A stretch of 64,000 bases of DNA from the human T2T-CHM13v2.0 reference genome, Homo sapiens, in assembly GCF_009914755.1 (NCBI RefSeq), contig NC_060934.1. One strand, 5' to 3'. Below, piece by piece: positions 56,336-64,000 of the stretch. The notes under the pieces were generated by a model. The model ran no database searches. It worked only from the letters and a program-made list of their open reading frames with translations, and was not told where the DNA came from. The position numbers were made by a program, and so were the translations under genes. Each line of letters starts with the position of its first letter. Position 1 is the stretch's first letter.

Positions 56336-57795
56336 TGTGTCCAAAATTGGTGGGTTCTTGGTCTCATTGACTTCAAGAATGAAGCCATGGACCCTCGTGC
56401 TGAGTGTTACAGTTCTTGAAGATGATGTGTCCCGAGTTTGTTCCTTCCAATGTTTGGAGTTTGGACGTGTTTGGAGTTTCTTCCTTCTGGTAGGTTTGTG
56501 GTCTCACTGGCTTCAGGAGTGAAGCCGCAGACCTTTGCGGTGAGTGTTACAGCTCTTAAGGCGGCGCGTCTGGAGTTGTTTGTTCCTCCCGTCCGGAGTT
56601 GTTCATTCCTCCCAGTGGGTTCGTGGTCTTGCTGGCCTCAGGAGTGAAGCTGCAGACCTTCGTGGTGAGCATTACAGCTCATAAGGGCAGTGCGGGCCCA
56701 AAGAGTGAGCAGCAGCAAGATGTATTGCAAAGAGCAAAAGAACAAAGCTTCCACAGTATGGAAGGGGACCTGAGTGGGTTGCTGCTGCTGGCTCCAGCAG
56801 CCTGCTTTTATTCCCTTATCTGACCCCACCCACGTCCTCCTGATTGGTCCATTTTATAGAGAGCTGATTGTTCCATTTTACAGAGCGCCAACTGATCCAT
56901 TTTACAGAGAGCTGATTGGTCTGTTTTGACAGGGTGCTGATTGGTGTATTTACAAACATTGAGCTAGACACAGAGTGCTGATTGGTGCATTTACAATCCT
57001 TTAGGTAGATATTAAAGTTCTCCAAGTCCCCACCAGATTAGCTAGATACAGAGTGCTGATTGGTGCATCCACAAAACCCGAGCTAGACACAGAGTGCTGA
57101 TTGGTGCATATACAATCCTCTGGCTAGACATAAAAGTTCTCCAAGTCCCCACCCAACTCAGGAGCCCAGCTGGCTTCACCTAGTGAATCCTGCACCAGGG
57201 CTGTGGGCGGAGCTGCCTGGCAGTCCCTTGCCATGCGCCTGCACTCCTCAGCCCTTGGGCGGTCGATAGGACTGGGCACTGCAGAGCAGGGGGCGACACC
57301 CGTTGGGAAGGCTCAGGCCGCATGGGAGCCCATGGCAAGGGGGAGGTTCAGGCATGGCAGGCTGCAGGTTCTCAGCCCTGCCCCATGGGGAGGCAGCTGA
57401 GGCTCGGCAAGAAATCAAGCATGGCGCCGGCAGGCCAGCACTGCTGGAGGACCTGGCACACCCTCTGCAGCTGCTGGCCCAGGTGGTAAGCCCCTCACTG
57501 CCCAGGGCCGGCAGCACTGGACAGCTGCTCCGAGTGCAGGGCCTGCTGAGCCCGCACCCACCCAGAACTCATGCTGGCCTGCGAGCGCCGCATGCAGCCC
57601 TGGTTCATGCCTGCACCTCTCCCTCCACACTTCCCTGCAAGCAGAGGGAGTCAGCTCCAGGCTCGGCCAGCCCAGATAGGGCCTCCCACAGTGCAGTGGT
57701 GGGCTGAAGGGCTCCTCAAGCATGACCAGAGCAGATGCCAAGGCTGAGGAGGTGCTAAGAGTGAGCAAGGGCTGCTTGCATGCTGTCACCTCTCA
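56336..57795 (-). mobile_element. LTR12 (HERV9 3' LTR), 1460 bp
   Basis: Minus strand begins TGAGAGGTGACAGC and ends GGACACA; GC-rich U3, CCAAT repeat array, U5 repeats. Confidence 0.95.
56805..57125 (-). promoter_or_regulatory. LTR12 U3 promoter/enhancer: tandem CCAAT (NF-Y) repeats and an AATAAAAG TATA-like box
   Basis: About six CTGATTGG motifs at 56840-57105; cttttatt at 56805-56812. Confidence 0.8.
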
Positions 57796-57965
57796 ATCCC
57801 CGCTCTAAACAGGACACTCCAACTGCTGTTGGGAATTTGGCCAGTGACCACTCTAGCTACTTCCTGCTGCATAGGGGCAATGAAGAGGCCCTGCAGTTTT
57901 AGTGTCCTCCAGAGGGGAGCCCTCTAGACCAGTGAAAGTGCCAGCAGGTCGGTACAGGGTCCTCA

Positions 57966-59662
57966 TTAGAAGTCGTTAATTGAACTCATTTGAGTTTCCA
58001 TTTGTAAGACCATCTGTAGCTTGATGGCCTCGATTCTGGAGGAAAAAAATTTGACAAGAAGGTTAAAAACACAGGGCCCAAAGGTGAGTAACAGTAAGAT
58101 GGCTGCCATGGGACCTAGAAAGGGGAGAAGCCATGTTGCCCAACTCCAGAGGTTGGTATGAGTTTGAAAGGCATTGCCTGATTTCAGAAGCCTTTTCCTG
58201 TAAATGCTGGGCGGCATCTCATACTATCCTTGATTGGTTAGTGTAAAAACAATACTCTTCCCCTAAGAAGGTGCAAAGTCCTCCTTTCTCAGCAGTGAGG
58301 AGGTCTAGGCCTCGGAGGTTTTGGAGAGTCATTGCTGCTAAAGAGTCTATCTGGGATTGTAAAGTAAGGATAGATTTTGTTATTTCTTGCAAACTGAGAA
58401 ATCCTTTGAGTGTGTGTGGTAGTAGAATAATGAAGTAGATAAACCAGCTATTCCAGTTCCTGTAGCAGTAGCCATTCCTAACCCTATAAGTAGGGTTATT
58501 AGTTGTATGGCTCTGCACTGAGGGACTTGAGCTTTGAGGGGTACTGATAAGGTCTGATTTCCTGGGGCAATGTTAATTTTGGGACTTAGAAAGACTAAGG
58601 TGCAGGTGCCTGTCCAGTTAGTGGGGAGGCAGATATAGGTCGATGTTCCACATAAGAATATACCTTGGCTGGGTAGACATAACTGGTTATGTATGTTAAA
58701 AAAGTGTGTGAGTTTGTTGTTTTCATTTTCCCATACTCCTATAGCACTTGCCAAGGTAGCTCCAGTGAGTGACTGGAAAGGGGTATTGGGAGCAAACTGA
58801 GTGGCTCCCTGTGTTCTGTTTTCCCATTGGAGAAAAAAACATTTCGTATCCACTAGGAACCATTCGAGAGAGTGATTGAAAGAGGGGATGAGAAGGCATT
58901 CACTAGTGGTGGGGGCACTGCTGCAGGGGGTCCAGGGGTGAATGGTCATGCAGGGAGTATGTTTGCCATTACAAAACCTGGACTATTTGTTAAGCAGGGA
59001 GGAGATGATGATTTTGGGGGGCCCTGAGAAGCGGACAAGCCATCTGAATGGAGCTGTTTGGGTGACTCAGAAGTTACTATGATCAGTTGGGGCTTGAAGC
59101 AATAGGGTGTAATTACACTGATGAGGTAGTAGGTGCCCCAGGGGCAGACCTGATAACAGGTTGCATTGGATGCATAAAGGGGCTTGGAAAGGTAAGATAG
59201 TATTTGTGGTTACAGGGCCTTGTATGGGCTTTTCATTGCTTGTGTAATAGGTGAGATTGGAAATGTAAGAACCTAAAAGTTGGATTGCACATCCTGTTAT
59301 GGTATTCTTGGTCCTATCAGATATGGGGAAGTCGGCTAATGATTGCATATTTAAAGTCAGAAAGGGTCTTTTCCTTCATAACGAGGGTAGTAGGTTAAGT
59401 TGGTAAAGACCCAGTTTTTTGCGGGAATGGGAGTGGCAACGTAGGCAGAGGTTGATAGAGAGATACAAAGGCAATAGTCATTTGCCAGGGAAGGATTGGA
59501 CTGGTTTAACAGAGAGTGAGTTAAGTTGAGAGTCTTGTAGAGGTAATTAGGAGCTAGTGGAAGGGGAGGGGTGATTGTGTGAGGTATCCAAGGAAGCAGG
59601 AGGGATACACAGGCAAAGAGCAAATAGGAAGGTAAAGAGGGTGCTCTGGAAAACGAGATCAT
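57966..59662 (-). pseudogene. HERV9 env (SU+TM), fragmented
   Basis: Signal peptide MISFSRAPSLPSYLLFACVSLLL, fusion peptide [36 protein letters not shown] anchor; split over five ORFs. Confidence 0.9.
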
Positions 59663-59816
59663 TTTATCTAGTCTGAGTTAAAGGTAGGAGTAAATTGCTG
59701 TCAAAAGGAAGGAAGATAGAAGGTTGATGTGATTAGGATTTTCATCCTGGCAGGAGCTACAGTATATAGTCCTATCACAAAGAGTATGGTTAGTATGCTG
59801 TTTTCACTTATCTTTT

Positions 59817-62800
59817 TTAAGGAGGAAGGGGTCTTTCCTCAGGATCAGTGGTAGGAGCCTTTTTAGTCTGGGATGTTTCCTTCTGAAACAGGAGGTGCAA
59901 TTCCTTCAACAGTTTGCAGGTGTATCGAGGCTGGTCTGGCTGATCTTGGGACTCCTGAGTTGATGGTCCTGCAGGTTCCTCAGGGGATGTCCAAAGTTTA
60001 ACTCGGGTGTGGCGAATCCAAGATTCCACTCCTGCCACCTTAACTGCAGTGGGAGTAGAGAGGATTACCGAGTATGGTCCTTCCCATAAAGAGTCCATAG
60101 ATGGGGAGGTAAAGGGGAGATATTTGACCAACACTAGATCTCCTGGTTGAAACAACTCTGTTCCCTTTTTTCTGTGACATCCTTCAGGTAGGTTTTAAAG
60201 GTTTTGTTGATGTTTTGCCAAAGAAATTATATATTTGACCAAGTTGGCCATTTCCTGATCAAGTAAGAGGTCATTTGTGAGAAAAGGTCGTCCATACAGC
60301 ATTTCATTTGGACTGAGCTCTATTTTGTGAGGAGAATTTCGGATTCTCAACAGGGCCATGGGCAAAAGAGTAGGCCATGGGAGATGAATTTCTTGTGTTA
60401 GTTTCCTTAAGTGCCTCTTGAGTGTTTCATTTGCCTTCTCAACCTTCCCTGAAGATTGTGGCCTCCAGGAGCAGTGAAGGTGATATTGTATCCCTAGCAC
60501 CCTGGAAATTCCCTGATTTATCATGGCTTTAAAAGCCAGACCATTGTCACTCTGTAAGCTTTGGGGAAGCCCAAATCTAGGAATTATTTCATGAATTAGG
60601 ACTTTAATCACTTCCTGAGCCTTCTCTGTCTTGCAGGGGAAAGCTTATATCCAATTTGTAAAGGTATCAACACAGACCAACAAATATTGAAATCCCTTTG
60701 ACTTAGGCATATGGGTGAAGTCTAACTGCCAGACCTCTCAGGGATAGTGACCTCTTCTTTGTTTCCCCAGAGGGGCCTTACGATGAACCAAGGGATTATT
60801 CTTTTGGCACACCTCATAGGCTTTGACTACGTGTTGGATGGTCCAGAGGAGACTTGGCCCTGTAGATAGGGATTTGGCCATTTGATGAGTATTTTCAATA
60901 CCCATATGAGAAGTTTGGTGGAGGGTTTTAAGTATTTTCCACTGGCTGGCTTTGGGTATAAGTACCTTTCCTTCTTATATCACCAACCACCCCAAGGGGA
61001 GAAAACTATGCCCCGTGAAAGTCCCCATTCTGCTTCAGTCAGGGAATACTGGGGCTTAATCTCTTGGAGGGGGTCGATCCATACCAAGGGTCCTTCCGTA
61101 GGTATTTCTAATGGGGGGTTCCACCTAGCAGCAATTTTGGCCTCAGCATCTGCCTGATGGTTTCCTTCTGCCTTTCTTCCTTCACCTTTCTGATGGCTGT
61201 GGCAGTGTAAGACTGCCACCTCCTTGGCTTTTTGCACGCATGCAATAACTCTATAATTTCCTTGTGGTATTTAATGGCAGTTCCCCCAGAGGTTAGGAAT
61301 TCCCTTTCTTTCCATATTGCAGCATGGGCATGTAGGATTAGATAAGCATACTTGCTATCTGTATACACATTTATTCTTTTTCCCTTTCCCAGTTCTAAGG
61401 CACGGGTAAGTGCCACTAGTTCTTCTAACTGGGCACTGGTCCCTGGGGGAAGAGGCTTACTTTCAAGTACAGTTACATCACTAACTATGGTGTAACCTGC
61501 CCTTCATATCCCATTCTCCAGGAATGAACTTCCATCGGTATATAGGTTAAGGTCAGGATTAGCTAAGGGGACTTCTAAGAGATAATCTTGGGTGGCATAA
61601 GTCTAGACTATAATTTTTTGGCAGTCATGCTCAATTGGTTCCCCATCCTCTGAGACAAAAGTGGCAGGGTTGAGGGCCACGCACATGCATATTTGAAGCA
61701 CCGCCTCAAGGAGTAGCACCTGGTATCTAAGTAGGTGGTTGTCTGATAGCCATAAACTTCCTTTGGCACCTAGTATGCCATTTACATCATGAGTAGTCCA
61801 GACAGTGAGATCCTTTCCTTGCATTATCTTGATAGCCTCTGACACTAAGATGGCCACCACCGCAACTACCCTTAAACAGTGAGGCCAGCCTTTTGATAGT
61901 ACATCAATTTCCTTACTTAGGTATGCCACTGGTTGTGGGGTTGTCCCACAAGTCTGAGTAAGGACTCCCAAGAGCTATCCCTGCTCTCTCTGTGATGTAT
62001 AAAGAAAAGTTTTGTACTGTGGGAAGGCTTAAAGCTGGAGCTTGTACTAGGGCCTGCTTTAAGGTTTTGAAGGCTGTTTTTGCATCTTATTCCCATTCTA
62101 TTAGATGAGTATTTGCTCTCTGGGTCTCCTTGATTAGAGTATAGAGGGGCCTGGCTATCTCGCTGTATCTGGGGATCCATAGTTGGCAAAAGCCTGTGAT
62201 TCCAAGGAACCTCCACAACTGTTTTAATGTCTTAGGGTGAGGATAAGCCAGTATAGGTTGTATTCATTCTTGCTAAGAGCCCTGGTCCCTCTGGCTAAGA
62301 TTAGGCCTAGATATTTGACCTGCTGTTGGCAAAGCTGGGCCTTCGACCTAGACACCTTGTACCCTTGATTAGCTAGAAAGTTCAAGAGATCTAGAGTAGC
62401 CTGCTGGCATGATGCTTCCGAACTGGTAGCCAAAAGTAAATCATCCACATACTGAAGCACCAGAGTGCCTGGACTTGAGAAGTGGCCGAGATCTTGTGCC
62501 AGTGCCTCACAAAACAGGTGAGGGCTATCCCTAAACCCTTGGGGCAAGACCATCCATGTAAGTTGGGACATGTGATCTGTGGGATCCTCAAAGGCAAAGA
62601 GAAACTGGGAGTCAGAATGCAGGGGAATACAGAAGAAGGCATCCTTGAGGTCCAAAACCATGAACCATTCTGCTTCCTTTGGTATTTGAGAGAGCAGGGT
62701 ATAGGGGTTGGGTACAACTGGATATAGAGGAATTACTGCCTTATTGATGAGTCTAAGATCTTACACTAGTCTCCACTGATGGTTTGGTTTTTGTACTCCT

Positions 62801-63386
62801 AGAATTGGGGTGTTGCAGGGACTGCTGCATTTCCTTACTAAGCCTTGAGCTTTTAAATGTTTAACAATATCCTGTAATCCTTTATGAGCTTCAAGCCTTA
62901 AGAGATATTGACTTTGATAAGGAAAAGTGGTGGGATCTTTTAACCTGATTTGGACTGGGCGGGCATTTTTTGCCCTTCCAAATTGTCCTTCCAATGCCCA
63001 GACTTCAGGGTTGATTCCCTCCTCAAGTAGGGGACAACAAATGGGTAACTTGTTCCCCACATTCCTGTAGATAATAGCTCCAGCCTTGGCTAATATATCC
63101 CCCCCTAATAAAGGTGTGGGACTTTCAGGCATAACAAGAAAAGCATGTGAAAAGAGCAAAGTCTCCCAATTACAACTAGGAGGTGGGAGAAATACCTGGT
63201 TACAGGCTGTCCCAGGATTCCTTAGATAGTAATGGGCCTTGAGGACAGTCATCCAGGACAGGAGATTAACACTGAGAAGGCCACGCCAGTGTCCAGGAGG
63301 AAGTCAATTTTCTGGCCCTCAATGGTTAAACGTACTTTGAGCTCAGTGAGGGTGTTGACATGAGCTCACGCTTGTCCCAGGCACCC
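59817..63386 (-). pseudogene. HERV9 pro-pol (protease, RT, RNase H, integrase), fragmented
   Basis: LLDTGVAFSV protease motif near 63270-63300, LPQGFRDSP and QYVDDLL in RT, VYTDSKYA in RNase H, LQSDNG and SSGKVE in integrase. Confidence 0.92.
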
Positions 63387-64000
63387 TCAATCCTGTTGTT
63401 GGATCATCTGGTTGGGGGCTTCTGACCCAGAGGACCTTTTTCCTCTGGGGCAGTGCACCTTCCAGTGATTGCCTCGGCATACTGGACATGGATGAGGGGG
63501 CAGCTTGTTTCTCGTTGGACAATCTTTTTTAAAGTGTCCTAGTAAACCACACTGATAACAAGCCCTACCGGGTAATTGGCCTGCTCCATTTTCTGTTCTC
63601 TCTGAACCACCAAGGTTTGCTTGTCTGAGGGCCATGACTAAGTCTGTGGCCTTTCTCTGATCCCGCTTTTCCTTTTGGGCCTGTTCCTCTTGATCCCTGT
63701 TACAGAACACTGAGGTTGCCAGGTTTAATAATGCCTCCAAATTTTGTTAAGGGCCCAGGGCTTGCTTTTAGAGCTTTCTCCTGATATCTGTGGCTGATTG
63801 GGTAATAAACTTATCTTTTAGAATCAATTGACTGGGAAGTATATTTTCTTAAGGCCTCCTGTAGCCACTCAAGGAAGGCCAAAGGATTTTCTTCCTTTCC
63901 CTGAGTTATGGTGGACATCATTGAATAATTCATGGGCTTTTTTCTAATTCTCCTTACTCCGTCTAGAACACAGATCAACAGATGTTTACAACTCCAGTCC
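63387..64000 (-). pseudogene. HERV9 gag C-terminal part (CA end/NC)
   Basis: CCHC knuckles CYQCGLLGHFKKDC and CPVCRGNHWKVHC; ends QQD*; disrupted upstream of 63740. Confidence 0.9.

Larger units (their letters stand above)
57796..64000 (-). mobile_element. HERV9 internal region (gag 3' part, pro, pol, env); continues past the window
   Basis: Polypurine-tract-like GTTTAGAGCGGGGAT adjacent to the LTR; retroviral peptides in gag-pro-pol-env order. Confidence 0.93.

Noticed and set aside
57203-57789. Several ORFs of 65-134 aa in GC-rich sequence
   Set aside because: They lie in LTR12 U3, where high GC makes stops rare.
59817-63740. Functional HERV9 gag-pro-pol
   Set aside because: Catalytic motifs (DTG, YVDD) survive but the frame is broken into many fragments.

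Overview
Primate (almost certainly human) genomic DNA, AT-rich and repeat-dense. It reads as a three-part mosaic. (1) About 1-24 kb is the 3' end of ANKRD30A (NY-BR-1) on +: a 918-nt coiled-coil exon (859-1776) splicing to a stop exon (13328-13547, 'NS*') plus candidate non-coding 3' exons. Interleaved with these is an ordered series of decayed exons that translate to the C-terminus of the ancestral ANKRD26 protein. (2) About 29-47 kb is an unprocessed, intron-containing duplicate of part of the P4-ATPase flippase gene ATP8A2 (four exons, canonical splice sites, same strand), probably ATP8A2P1. (3) 53.4-64 kb holds L1PA fragments and a HERV9 provirus on - (3' LTR12, env, pol, pro, 3' gag), with all ORFs disrupted. 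There are no RNA genes or CRISPR arrays, and I see no new protein-coding system. The most interesting signals are the fossil ANKRD26 tail with out-of-phase reuse of one exon as the ANKRD30A stop exon, and a probable ANKRD30A/ANKRD26-fossil/transposon/ATP8A2-pseudogene chimeric transcription unit facing an LTR12 promoter. All homology and repeat-family calls come from manual translation and recall of the sequences, not database searches.
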